Source of the DNA: Escherichia coli
Lineage (GTDB): Bacteria; Pseudomonadota; Gammaproteobacteria; Enterobacterales; Enterobacteriaceae
Length of the DNA stretch: 64,000 nucleotides
Reading direction: 5' to 3' (one strand)
Assembly (NCBI RefSeq): GCF_041248615.1
Contig: NZ_CP158426.1
A program made the translations under genes and the position numbers. The first letter of the stretch is position 1. Every line of letters begins with the position of its first letter. Below the pieces are notes generated by a model that did no database searches, was not told the origin of the DNA, and was given only the letters and a program-made list of their open reading frames with translations. Below are positions 24,544 through 35,529 of the stretch, piece by piece.

Positions 24544-26061
24544 ATGTCTGAACAACACGCACAGGGCGCTGACGCGGTAGTCGATCTTAACAATGAACTG
24601 AAAACGCGTCGTGAGAAGCTGGCGAACCTGCGCGAGCAGGGGATTGCCTTCCCGAACGATTTCCGTCGCGATCATACCTCTGACCAATTGCACGCAGAAT
24701 TCGACGGTAAAGAGAACGAAGAACTGGAAGCGCTGAACATCGAAGTCGCCGTTGCCGGCCGCATGATGACCCGTCGTATTATGGGTAAAGCGTCTTTCGT
24801 TACCCTGCAGGACGTTGGCGGTCGCATTCAGTTGTACGTTGCCCGTGACGATCTGCCGGAAGGCGTTTACAACGAGCAGTTCAAAAAATGGGACCTCGGT
24901 GACATCCTCGGCGCGAAAGGTAAACTGTTCAAAACCAAAACTGGCGAACTGTCTATCCACTGCACCGAGCTGCGTCTGCTGACCAAAGCACTGCGTCCGC
25001 TGCCGGACAAATTCCACGGCTTGCAGGACCAGGAAGCGCGCTATCGTCAGCGTTATCTGGATCTCATCTCTAACGATGAATCCCGCAACACCTTTAAAGT
25101 GCGCTCGCAGATCCTCTCTGGTATTCGTCAGTTCATGGTGAATCGCGGCTTTATGGAAGTTGAAACGCCGATGATGCAGGTGATCCCTGGCGGTGCCGCT
25201 GCGCGTCCGTTTATCACTCACCATAACGCGCTGGATCTCGACATGTACCTGCGTATCGCGCCGGAACTGTACCTCAAGCGTCTGGTGGTCGGTGGCTTCG
25301 AGCGTGTATTCGAAATCAACCGTAACTTCCGTAACGAAGGTATTTCCGTACGTCATAACCCAGAGTTCACCATGATGGAACTCTATATGGCTTACGCAGA
25401 TTACAAAGATCTGATCGAGCTGACCGAATCGCTGTTCCGTACTCTGGCACAGGATATTCTCGGTAAGACGGAAGTGACCTACGGCGACGTGACGCTGGAC
25501 TTCGGTAAACCGTTCGAAAAACTGACCATGCGTGAAGCGATCAAGAAATATCGTCCGGAAACCGACATGGCGGATCTGGACAACTTCGACTCTGCGAAAG
25601 CGATTGCTGAATCTATCGGCATCCACGTTGAGAAGAGCTGGGGTCTGGGCCGTATTGTTACCGAGATCTTCGAAGAAGTGGCAGAAGCACATCTGATCCA
25701 GCCGACCTTCATTACTGAATATCCGGCAGAAGTTTCTCCGCTGGCGCGTCGTAACGACGTTAACCCGGAAATCACAGACCGCTTTGAGTTCTTTATCGGT
25801 GGTCGTGAAATCGGTAACGGCTTTAGCGAGCTGAATGACGCGGAAGATCAGGCGCAGCGCTTCCTGGATCAGGTTGCCGCGAAAGACGCAGGCGACGACG
25901 AAGCGATGTTCTACGACGAAGATTACGTCACCGCACTGGAACATGGCTTACCGCCGACAGCAGGTCTGGGAATTGGTATCGACCGTATGGTAATGCTGTT
26001 CACCAACAGCCATACCATCCGCGACGTTATTCTGTTCCCGGCGATGCGTCCGGTGAAATAA
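24544..26061 (+). CDS. lysS: lysine--tRNA ligase
   Basis: 505-aa [36 protein letters not shown]... Confidence 0.97.
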
Positions 26062-26081
26062 GCATTACGTTATGCTCACAA

Positions 26082-26108
26082 CCCCGGCAAATGTCGGGGT
26101 TTTTTATT
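26082..26108 (+). terminator. rho-independent terminator after lysS
   Basis: hairpin ccccggcaaatgtcgggg followed by ttttttattt. Confidence 0.85.
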
Positions 26109-26652
26109 TAAGCTGGGTAAATGCAGATAATCGTTTTCTGGCTTCGCGATTTGTCGCCTGCATCACCATCCACGGACTGAACGCCCACGGTGTGGCATCA
26201 ATACCGTGTAATACATCTGCTAAATCACACCATTGATAATCCATCACTTCATCATCGTTGATCTGTAACGCACTGGTCGTGCGTGCGGCAAATACCGGAC
26301 ACACTTCATTTTCCACAATGCCATTCGGATCGGTGGCGCGGTAGCGAAAGTCAGGATAGACCGGTTCTGGTGCTGTTATTTCCACACCCAGTTCAAAGCG
26401 GCAACGGCGGATCACCGCGTCTTCGTTGCTTTCGCCCAGTTGTGGGTGCCCACAAACCGAGTTAGTCCACACGCCCGGCCATGCTTTTTTGCTAAGGGCG
26501 CGGCGGGTAACTAATAATTGCCCTTTGGCATTAAACAGCCAACTGGAGAACGCGAGATGTAAGAGAGTGTCTGCCGTGTGTGCGGCATACTTTTCCAGCG
26601 TACCCGTGGGAACTCCCTGTGCATTCAATAAAATGACGTGTTCCGTTTGCAT
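26104..26652 (-). CDS. idi: isopentenyl-diphosphate delta-isomerase
   Basis: 182-aa [29 protein letters not shown]... Confidence 0.95.
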   Translation of the reverse strand: MQTEHVILLNAQGVPTGTLEKYAAHTADTLLHLAFSSWLFNAKGQLLVTRRALSKKAWPGVWTNSVCGHPQLGESNEDAVIRRCRFELGVEITAPEPVYPDFRYRATDPNGIVENEVCPVFAARTTSALQINDDEVMDYQWCDLADVLHGIDATPWAFSPWMVMQATNREARKRLSAFTQLK

Positions 26653-26900
26653 AATTTCTCACATGTAATTCTAATCACTCATCATTATAGATAATTGAAG
26701 AGTGAAATGATTAACCAAGTGAGCGTTTATCGACAACCGCCCGTTTTGAGCGGATGTCGACAGGTAAAACCATTTAAAAAAGCAGCATCATATATTTGAA
26801 GCGACTTTCAATGGCCATTGCAACACAGTCAGAAATGACAGGAATAGAGAGAGTAAAAAGCAACAACAGACTGAATATAGCGCGCATTAAAAGATTCATA

Positions 26901-28349
26901 TTATTCTCCATGCTCATTTTTCTTCAGCTTGCGCATCAGAAGCCACATACGTACTGTCCTGACTTTTAAATCTTTATCAGAGACGGATTCCTTCACCAGA
27001 TCAGCATGATGCTGATAGCCATTAAAGAAGACGTTCAGCACAACGGCGCTAAGGGTTGCGAGCATAATGCCGCTATGCAGCAACGGTTGCAGTACGGCCG
27101 GTAACTTAGAAAAGAAATCGTGAGAGAGCGTCGGAGTCATGCCAACGCCGAGACTGATCGCCACAATATAGAGGTTGTAACGGTTGGTGGTGTAGTTACA
27201 GCGCGACAGAATTCGAATCCCTGTCGCCAGTACCATGCCGAACATCACCAGCCCAGCACCGCCCAGCACAAATTGCGGAATGGAGGCGACCAGCACCGCC
27301 ATTTTTGGCACCATGCCAAACAGGATTAATATAATTCCCGAAGAAATACACACCCAGCGGCTATGAACGCGCGTCACGCTAACCAGGCCAACGTTTTGTG
27401 AAAATGACGTGTGGGGGAAGCTGTTAAACGTTCCGCCTATCATTGTCCCTACGCCATCGACACGCAGCCCGCGAATAATATCGTGTGAAGAGAGTTTACG
27501 ACCGACTATTTCACCCAGTGCCAGGAACATCCCCATCGACTCGATAAACACGATGATTAACACGGCAGTCATGGTCAGAATGGAAACGGGATCGAAAATC
27601 GGCATACCAAATGACATCGGCGTGACAATCGCAAACCATGAAGCATCATGTAGCCCGGATAAATTGACTTCATTCATCATCCACGAAAGTAAAAAGCCAA
27701 ATACAATCCCCAGTAATACGGCGACGTTGGACATAAATCCTTTCGCATAGCGAGTAATGAGCAAGATAAAAATTAAGACAGCAAAGGAGATACCTAAATA
27801 AACGGGATTACCATATTGCGGATTTCCTTTACCTCCGGCGGCCCAGTCAATACCCACCTGAATGATGCTAAGCCCGATAGAAGTAATCACCACACCGGTA
27901 ACCAGTGGCGGGAATAAAGGCATCAAGCGACCGATAAGTGGCGCTAATAATGTGGTGATAAAACCCGCGGCGATAGTGGCACCAAATATCCCCAGCAGGC
28001 CGATATCCGGGTTCATCCCAATGGCTATCATTGGTGTTACAGCGGCGAAGGTCACCGACATAATCACCGGCAGGCGGATCCCCATAAAGCGGCCGATACC
28101 GATACATTGCAATAATGTGACGATCCCGCAGCAAAAGAGATCCGAGCTAATGAGCATCGCAATAGCTTCTTTTGAGAGGCCCAGTCGGTCGCCAATCATA
28201 AGAGGAACAGCGACTGCACCTGCGTACATGACAAGGACGTGTTGCAGACCGAGTATGATCAGCTTTCCTGGTGATAATATGCGGTCAACCTCATCAGTTG
28301 GGCGGTCTTGCCCAGAAGATGAGGGAAGTTGGGAATCTATGGCGCTCAT
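26901..28349 (-). CDS. uacT: uric acid:H+ symporter (NCS2/NAT family)
   Basis: ORF track 26901..28478; start refined to MSAIDSQLPSSSGQDRPTDE (482 aa). Confidence 0.9.
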   Translation of the reverse strand: MSAIDSQLPSSSGQDRPTDEVDRILSPGKLIILGLQHVLVMYAGAVAVPLMIGDRLGLSKEAIAMLISSDLFCCGIVTLLQCIGIGRFMGIRLPVIMSVTFAAVTPMIAIGMNPDIGLLGIFGATIAAGFITTLLAPLIGRLMPLFPPLVTGVVITSIGLSIIQVGIDWAAGGKGNPQYGNPVYLGISFAVLIFILLITRYAKGFMSNVAVLLGIVFGFLLSWMMNEVNLSGLHDASWFAIVTPMSFGMPIFDPVSILTMTAVLIIVFIESMGMFLALGEIVGRKLSSHDIIRGLRVDGVGTMIGGTFNSFPHTSFSQNVGLVSVTRVHSRWVCISSGIILILFGMVPKMAVLVASIPQFVLGGAGLVMFGMVLATGIRILSRCNYTTNRYNLYIVAISLGVGMTPTLSHDFFSKLPAVLQPLLHSGIMLATLSAVVLNVFFNGYQHHADLVKESVSDKDLKVRTVRMWLLMRKLKKNEHGE

Positions 28350-28784
28350 CAGTGTTTCTCCTTTCGCCCGCCAGAGTAAAAAGCAACCGTTTACGTTCAT
28401 GAAACTGTCTAAATACATGCTCGTGGAGTGCCAGTTTTTGCGAGGAAGGGGAGTTAGAGACAGGAATTGCGGAGGCAATCACATAATCGTGGTTAAACCA
28501 CGAAAATGAGAAGAGAACCTGACAATGGAATTATCTGTAATTTTCTCATATTGATATTTCATTAATCATTCTGGCATGTCGCACTCTCGCATTTAATCGT
28601 TTTTATCTGGATAGCATTCTTTTGATCGGCAATGTTGAAATAATGAAAGCTGCATAGATTGAGGGGCAATAATTTGAACTCAGTCGCAAAATTATAATTA
28701 AATCGGCCATGCTACCTAATATATGCCCATTTATTGCATCGCGAAATTTGAGAAGACATAACTCATTAAATGAAAGGGATGCAA

Positions 28785-30704
28785 ATGAATAAGTTTATCG
28801 CTGCTGAAGCTGCGGAATGTATAGGCTGTCATGCTTGTGAAATTGCCTGTGCGATGGCACATAATCAAGAAAACTGGCCGCTGAGTCACAGTGACTTTCG
28901 ACCACGTATCCACGTTGTAGGGAAAGGCCAGGCTGCGAATCCGGTGGCCTGCCATCACTGCAACAATGCCCCTTGCGTTACGGCTTGTCCGGTTAATGCT
29001 CTGACTTTCCAGCCCGATAGCGTACAACTGGACGAGCAAAAATGTATTGGTTGTAAAAGATGCGCAATCGCTTGCCCCTTTGGCGTCGTTGAGATGGTCG
29101 ATACGATTTCGCAGAAATGCGACCTTTGTAACCAGCGCAGTTCCGGCACGCAAGCCTGTATTGAAGTCTGTCCAACACAGGCGTTACGGCTGATGGACGA
29201 TAAAGGGTTGCAGCAGATAAAGGTGGCCCGCCAGCGCAAAACGGCAGCAGGAAAAGCGTCATCAGACGCTCAGCCATCTCGCAGTGCAGCGTTGCTCCCC
29301 GTTAACTCGCGTAAAGGCGCAGATAAAATTTCAGCGAGTGAACGGAAAACCCACTTTGGCGAAATCTATTGCGGGTTGGATCCACAACAAGCGACTTATG
29401 AGAGTGACCGCTGTGTTTATTGCGCCGAAAAAGCTAACTGCAACTGGCATTGCCCGCTGCATAACGCTATTCCGGATTACATCCGTCTGGTACAGGAAGG
29501 AAAGATTATTGAAGCGGCAGAACTTTGCCACCAGACCAGTTCCTTACCAGAAATCTGCGGCAGGGTATGCCCACAGGACCGTCTTTGTGAAGGCGCATGT
29601 ACTTTGAAAGATCACTCTGGCGCAGTCTCTATCGGGAATCTGGAACGCTACATCACCGATACCGCGCTGGCGATGGGCTGGCGTCCCGATGTCAGCAAAG
29701 TTGTTCCCCGTATCGAAAAAGTGGCGGTGATTGGCGCAGGGTCTGCAGGGTTAGGGTGTGCTGATATTCTGGCGCGCGCAGGAGTTCAGGTTGATGTCTT
29801 TGATCGCCATCCAGAAATTGGCGGTATGCTGACTTTTGGCATCCCTCCTTTCAAACTCGATAAAACGGTATTAAGCCAGCGGCGAGAGATATTCACCGCA
29901 ATGGGAATCGACTTTCATCTTAACTGTGAAATTGGCCGCGATATTACCTTTAGCGATTTAACTTCTGAATATGATGCAGTTTTCATCGGCGTGGGGACTT
30001 ACGGGATGATGCGAGCAGATCTGCCGCATGAAGATGCGCCCGGTGTCATTCAGGCTCTACCGTTCCTGACTGCCCATACCCGCCAGCTCATGGGATTGCC
30101 GGAGTCTAAAGAGTATCCGCTGACGGACGTGGAAGGTAAGCGAGTCGTGGTATTGGGCGGTGGCGATACGACAATGGATTGTTTGCGGACTTCCATCCGC
30201 CTCAATGCCGCCAGCGTGACCTGCGCGTATCGTCGTGATGAAGTCAGTATGCCGGGCTCGCGCAAAGAGGTGGTTAATGCGCGCGAGGAAGGTGTCGAGT
30301 TTCAGTTCAATGTTCAACCGCAATATATCGCTTGTGACGAAGATGGGCGTTTAACTGCGGTGGGCCTGATTCGTACCGCCATGGGTGAGCCGGGGCCGGA
30401 TGGTCGCCGTCGTCCTCGTCCGGTAGCGGGTTCAGAGTTTGAATTGCCCGCCGATGTTCTGATTATGGCCTTTGGTTTCCAGGCGCATGCCATGCCGTGG
30501 TTGCAGGGCAGCGGAATTAAACTCGATAAATGGGGCCTGATTCAAACCGGTGACGTCGGGTATTTACCTACCCAGACGCATCTGAAAAAAGTCTTTGCTG
30601 GTGGTGATGCAGTTCATGGCGCGGATCTGGTTGTCACTGCAATGGCCGCAGGAAGGCAGGCGGCGCGCGATATGTTAACTCTGTTTGATACGAAGGCATC
30701 GTGA
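28785..30704 (+). CDS. ygfT: fused 4Fe-4S ferredoxin / FAD-NAD(P)H oxidoreductase (GltD-like)
   Basis: ORF track 28770..30704; start chosen at [19 protein letters not shown] (639 aa) with SD aaaggga; multiple CxxCxxCxxxCP clusters. Confidence 0.88.
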
Positions 30705-31192
30705 TGAAATCGTTAATTATCGTTAATCCGGCTGACTGTATTGGCTGCCGTACTTGTGAAGTAGCCTGTGTGGTCGCTCACCCTTCAGAACAGGAGTTGA
30801 ATGCCGATGTCTTTTTACCCCGGCTGAAGGTACAGCGACTGGACAGCATCAGTGCGCCGGTGATGTGCCATCAGTGTGAAAACGCCCCTTGTGTTGGCGC
30901 TTGCCCCGTGGGGGCGCTGACGATGGGCGAGCAGGTGGTGCAGACCAATTCTGCCCGTTGTATTGGCTGTCAGAGTTGCGTCAGTGCGTGCCCGTTTGGA
31001 ATGATCACCATTCAGTCGTTGCCGGGGGATACCCGACAACAAATTGTGAAATGCGATCTCTGTGAACAGCGGGAAGAGGGGCCAGCCTGCGTTGAATCTT
31101 GCCCAACACAGGCGCTGCAGTTGCTTACTGAAAGAGAACTCAGGCGAGTCCGCCAGCAGCGTATTGTTGCCAGCGGTGAGAATCCTCTCTGA
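30704..31192 (+). CDS. ygfS: 4Fe-4S ferredoxin-type protein
   Basis: 162-aa [23 protein letters not shown]...; start overlaps the ygfT stop (TGATG). Confidence 0.9.
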
Positions 31193-31196
31193 AAGA

Positions 31197-31226
31197 AATC
31201 TCCGCGCTGAAAGGCGCGGAGAATCT
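31197..31226. terminator. bidirectional terminator hairpin between convergent ygfS and ghxQ
   Basis: perfect hairpin tctccgcgc-tgaaag-gcgcggaga. Confidence 0.7.
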
Positions 31227-31227
31227 A

Positions 31228-32595
31228 TTAGATTGCCCAACCACCCGCGTAAAATGCGACCAGTGCGGCAGTAATGATCACCGTACCAATATTCAGCTTT
31301 TGCCATTCGCGTGCAAAGACGCGGCCTACGACCAGTGTCACAAAGCCCAGCATAATACCGGTAACGATATTACAAGTCAGAACGATGAACACGGCACACA
31401 CCAGGCCAGCCATAGCGTCAATAAAATCATTGAAATCCAGCTTCGAGACGTTACTTAACATCAGCAAACCTACGTACATCAGAGCGGGTGCAGTGGCGTA
31501 ACCAGGGATCAAAAATGACAGCGGTGATAAAAACAGAATTAACAGGAATAACGCCCCCACTACGGTTGCGGTTAAACCTGTTTTACCCCCGGCGGCGGTT
31601 CCTGCCGCTGATTCGATATAAACCGCTGCGGGCGCTGCGCCCACCAGGCCGGAGAATATTGAACTTACTGAGTCACTGGTCAGGGCTTTGCCGCCGTTGA
31701 TGATCTGGTTGTCTTTATCCAACAAATTCGCCTGACCGGCGACGGCACGGATGGTGCCAGTAGCGTCGAACACTGCGGTCATCACCAATGCCAGTACACT
31801 CGGAAGTACAGTTGGCTGGAGTGCACCCATAATATCGAGGCTGAAAATCAGAGACTTACCATCTTCGCCAGTCAGGCTTGGCATCGCCACCAGACCGTGG
31901 TATTTCACCGCTGGGTCAAAGATTAAGCCGATGATCGAAATTGCAATAATCACCAACAAGATCCCGCCGGGTACGCGACACTTCTCCAGGCCGAAGATGA
32001 CCGCCAGCCCCAGCAAGCTCATCATCACCGGGAAGGAGGTAAACGCACCGAGCGCCACTGGCAAGCCTTCAATCGGGTTTTTGATAACCATACCCACACC
32101 GTTAGCAGCAATCAGCAGCAGAAACAGCCCGATACCGATACCTGTACCGTGAGCGATACCCATCGGCAAATTACGTAAGATCCAGGTACGCACACCGGTT
32201 ACGGAAATGGCGGTGAAGATGACGCCCATCAGAAATACCGCGCCCAGTGCGACAGGAACGCTAATTTGTTGCCCGAGTACCAGACTGAATGCGGTAAACG
32301 CCGTCAAGGAAATCGCGCAACCAATCGCCATTGGCAAATTAGCCCATAATCCCATCAGCAACGAGCCGAAGCCCGCGACCAGACAGGTGGCAACAAACAC
32401 AGCTGCGGGAGGAAAACCTGCTTTGCCCAGCATTCCCGGAACGACGATAACGGAATAAACCATGGCCAGAAAGGTCGTTAAGCCAGCCAGTACTTCCTGA
32501 CGAACGGTACTGCCACGAGCGGTAATTTTAAAATAATTATCCAGCGCGCCCTGTGGCTTTGGTGCGTCCGGTGTTTGTAGGATGTCTCCAGACAT
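31228..32595 (-). CDS. ghxQ: guanine/hypoxanthine permease
   Basis: 455-aa [37 protein letters not shown]... Confidence 0.92.
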   Translation of the reverse strand: MSGDILQTPDAPKPQGALDNYFKITARGSTVRQEVLAGLTTFLAMVYSVIVVPGMLGKAGFPPAAVFVATCLVAGFGSLLMGLWANLPMAIGCAISLTAFTAFSLVLGQQISVPVALGAVFLMGVIFTAISVTGVRTWILRNLPMGIAHGTGIGIGLFLLLIAANGVGMVIKNPIEGLPVALGAFTSFPVMMSLLGLAVIFGLEKCRVPGGILLVIIAISIIGLIFDPAVKYHGLVAMPSLTGEDGKSLIFSLDIMGALQPTVLPSVLALVMTAVFDATGTIRAVAGQANLLDKDNQIINGGKALTSDSVSSIFSGLVGAAPAAVYIESAAGTAAGGKTGLTATVVGALFLLILFLSPLSFLIPGYATAPALMYVGLLMLSNVSKLDFNDFIDAMAGLVCAVFIVLTCNIVTGIMLGFVTLVVGRVFAREWQKLNIGTVIITAALVAFYAGGWAI

Positions 32596-32630
32596 AATGA
32601 TGTCCTCACGAGGATGTTAAAGTTTTATTA

Positions 32631-33950
32631 TTAGTTGCGTTCGTACACCAGACGACCATCAACGTAGGTGCGGTAGATCGAACGGTCATCGCCCAACGTC
32701 ATCATCACGAACAATTTGTCGACTAAAGAAACAGAGTTGTCATAGCGCAGCTGCTGTAGCGGAGTGGCGGTGGGTTCCATCACCACGAAATCAGCCTCTT
32801 TGCCAGGTAAAAAGTTGCCAATCAAATCGTCAAGGCCCAGAGATTTCGCTCCGCCGAGCGTGGCCAGGTAAAACGCTTCATATGCCGAGAGGCGATAGCC
32901 TTGTAATTGCAATACTTTGTAGGCTTCGTTCAGCGTTTGCAGCATGTTGAAAGTGGTTCCGGCACCGATATCCGTTCCCATGCCCACTTTAACTTTCTTC
33001 TGCCATGCTTTTTTCAAGTTGAATAAGCCGCTGCCGAGGTAAAGGTTGGAGGTCGGACAGAAAGCAATGCTGGATTTGGTTTCGCTGAGACGATCCCACT
33101 CTTTTTCTTCGAGATGGACGCAGTGAGCAAAGACACAGTTTTTACCGGTCAGGCCGTACTGATGGTAAACATCCAGATAACCATCATGGTCAGGATAAAG
33201 CGATTTCACCCAGGCAATTTCATCTTTGTTTTCACAGAGATGGGTATGTACCCACGTATCCGGATATTCTTCTTTCAGGCGTTGCGCCATCGCCATCTGT
33301 TCAGGAGATGAGGTCGGGGCGAAGCGTGGCGTAATCGCATATAGCAGACGACCATTTTTGTGCCAGCGTTCGATCAGTTCTTTGCTTTGGTGATAGCTGC
33401 TTTCGGCAGTGTCGAGCAGATAATCCGGTGCGTTGCGGTCCATCATCACCTTACCGGCAATCATACGCATATTGATATGACTGGCGGCTTCAAACAGCGC
33501 ATCAACAGATTGCGGATGAACAGTGCCAAACACCAGCGCCGTGGTGGTTCCGTTACGTAAAAGCTGCTTGATGAAGAACGCCGACATTTCGCGGGCGTAC
33601 TCTAAATCCTCATAACGACGTTCAGTAGGGAAGGTGTGTTTATTCAACCACTCCAGCAATTGCTCACCATAGGCCCCCACCATTTCACTTTGCGGATAAT
33701 GGATATGTGTATCGACAAAGCCCGGTACTATCAGTTTGCCGCGATAGTCGCGCACGCGAATGGTGTCAGGAATTTGATGCTTTCCGTTTTCCCATTCGCC
33801 AAACCATTCCACTTTTCCCTGTTTAATGAGTAATAAACCATCCTCAATAAACCGCAGCGCAGAGGCAATCTCTTCCGGGTTATCGATCGTACGGGTGACA
33901 TCAATAAAACTGCCTCGTACCGCTTTTAACGTGTGTTCTCCTGACATCAT
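32631..33950 (-). CDS. guaD: guanine deaminase
   Basis: ORF track 32631..34070; start refined to MMSGEHTLKAVRGSF (439 aa). Confidence 0.92.
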   Translation of the reverse strand: MMSGEHTLKAVRGSFIDVTRTIDNPEEIASALRFIEDGLLLIKQGKVEWFGEWENGKHQIPDTIRVRDYRGKLIVPGFVDTHIHYPQSEMVGAYGEQLLEWLNKHTFPTERRYEDLEYAREMSAFFIKQLLRNGTTTALVFGTVHPQSVDALFEAASHINMRMIAGKVMMDRNAPDYLLDTAESSYHQSKELIERWHKNGRLLYAITPRFAPTSSPEQMAMAQRLKEEYPDTWVHTHLCENKDEIAWVKSLYPDHDGYLDVYHQYGLTGKNCVFAHCVHLEEKEWDRLSETKSSIAFCPTSNLYLGSGLFNLKKAWQKKVKVGMGTDIGAGTTFNMLQTLNEAYKVLQLQGYRLSAYEAFYLATLGGAKSLGLDDLIGNFLPGKEADFVVMEPTATPLQQLRYDNSVSLVDKLFVMMTLGDDRSIYRTYVDGRLVYERN

Positions 33951-33964
33951 TGACTCCTTTACTG

Positions 33965-35365
33965 TTAATCCATCTCTTCCGCTGAGGTAATACCAGGCAG
34001 AACGTTTTCCTGTCGGTAGCCACCAGGGAGGATAATATTTAATAAAATCGTAGTTAACCCGCCGGCACAAATAGGGTTTTCAACTAATACATAAATAGAG
34101 GCTGGCAATATTTTAAAAATTTCGGGATCGTAGGAGACGCCAAGCCCTAAACCTAAAGAAGTGGCGACAATAAGTGTTTCACGGCGCTTTAAACCGTTGG
34201 TGATGATGATGCGAATCCCTGCGATGGCAATCATGGAAAACATCAACGTCATTGCGCCTCCCAGAACTGCCGAGGGAATGGTCGTGAAGAAGCCGCCAAT
34301 CATCGGAAATAAGCCGAGGATAACCAGCATTACCGCGATGGTTCGCCCGACATAACGTGAAGCGACGCCAGTCATCTGAATAACCCCATTATTTTGCGCA
34401 AACGTGGTTAATGGTAATGAACCGACAGCGGAGGCGATAACAGAAACCAGACCATCTGCCAGCACGCCGCCTTTCAGCCGGGACTGATACTCTTCCCCCT
34501 GAATGGGGCGGCGGGAAACCATTGCCGTGGCGGTGATATCGCCGACTGCTTCCAGCACGCTAAGCAGATAAATCGTGCCAACCACCAGGAACTGATGGAA
34601 GCTAAAACTAAAGCCGTATTTGAACGGATGCGGGATGGTGATTAACGGCAAATTGCGCATACTGCTGAAATCCACCATGCCCAGGCATAACGATGCGATA
34701 TAGCCGACACATAGCCCAATGGCGATCCCTCCCATGCGTAGCAACGGACTGCGACAGCAGTTAAAGCCGATCACCACAATTAAAACCAATAAACCAACGC
34801 CGAGATGTTCGTAATTGCCGAACGTACCGCTGCTTTTGGCTGCAAATCCTCCACCAAAATCGATAATGCCGACTTTAATCAGGCTTAAGCCGATCATCAG
34901 TACCACAATACCGCTGACGGTAGGCGTAATAACCCGACGTAAATAGGGCAAGATAAATGAAGATCCGACAACCAGAAATGCGCCAACGAAGGAGACGCCG
35001 AGAAGCGACGACATGATTAACTCTTCGTGAAAACCGTCGCTTTTCATGCTGCTGCCCAGCGCAATCATGACCGTAACAAATGAAAAATTGACTGACTGAA
35101 TTGAGAGTAGGCCAGAACCGACGATGCCGTAGCGGTTTACTTGTAACCAGGTACCAATACCAGAGGCGATCATCGCCATAGAAACAAGATAGGCAGTTGT
35201 TTCAGCGGAAAGCTGTAAGGCCGCACCCACGATTAACGCGGGGGTTACCATCGGAACGAAAATTGCCAACAGATGGGTAATGGCACCAACGAGAGCCTGA
35301 TGAAAGGGAGGGCGATCCTCCAGTTCAAATATAAGGTCAGAACCTGCATGGTTTATATCAGACAT
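33965..35365 (-). CDS. xanQ: xanthine permease
   Basis: ORF track 33965..35422; start refined to MSDINHAGSDLIFELEDRPP (466 aa). Confidence 0.92.
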   Translation of the reverse strand: MSDINHAGSDLIFELEDRPPFHQALVGAITHLLAIFVPMVTPALIVGAALQLSAETTAYLVSMAMIASGIGTWLQVNRYGIVGSGLLSIQSVNFSFVTVMIALGSSMKSDGFHEELIMSSLLGVSFVGAFLVVGSSFILPYLRRVITPTVSGIVVLMIGLSLIKVGIIDFGGGFAAKSSGTFGNYEHLGVGLLVLIVVIGFNCCRSPLLRMGGIAIGLCVGYIASLCLGMVDFSSMRNLPLITIPHPFKYGFSFSFHQFLVVGTIYLLSVLEAVGDITATAMVSRRPIQGEEYQSRLKGGVLADGLVSVIASAVGSLPLTTFAQNNGVIQMTGVASRYVGRTIAVMLVILGLFPMIGGFFTTIPSAVLGGAMTLMFSMIAIAGIRIIITNGLKRRETLIVATSLGLGLGVSYDPEIFKILPASIYVLVENPICAGGLTTILLNIILPGGYRQENVLPGITSAEEMD

Positions 35366-35489
35366 CCCTTCACTCCTTTTAAAGTAAATTTGATCATCTG
35401 AATTAGTAAAATAAATTCCCACGAATTTGGGGCGCAGGACGCCTTGAGAACGGCTTATCTCATTTTCGCAGTCACTATTTAGTCATCGT

Positions 35490-35520
35490 TCAAACAGAGA
35501 AACAGGCCGCCGAAGCGGCC
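35490..35520 (-). terminator. rho-independent terminator after xdhD
   Basis: hairpin ggccgc-cgaa-gcggcc followed on the minus strand by a T-rich tract. Confidence 0.6.
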
Positions 35521-35529
35521 ATTTATTAT

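Noticed and set aside
24529-25944. 471-aa minus-strand ORF overlapping lysS, and the 334-aa ORF at 23497..24501 overlapping prfB
   Set aside because: Antisense shadow ORFs of highly conserved genes; no start signals and no recognisable domains.
27862-28509. 215-aa plus-strand ORF overlapping uacT
   Set aside because: Antisense to the transporter gene; low-complexity Ile/Pro-rich translation.
28350-28784. Sigma-54 promoter in the uacT–ygfT divergent region (TGGCAT...)
   Set aside because: The -24-like TGGCAT lacks a GC dinucleotide at the correct -12 spacing; not supported.
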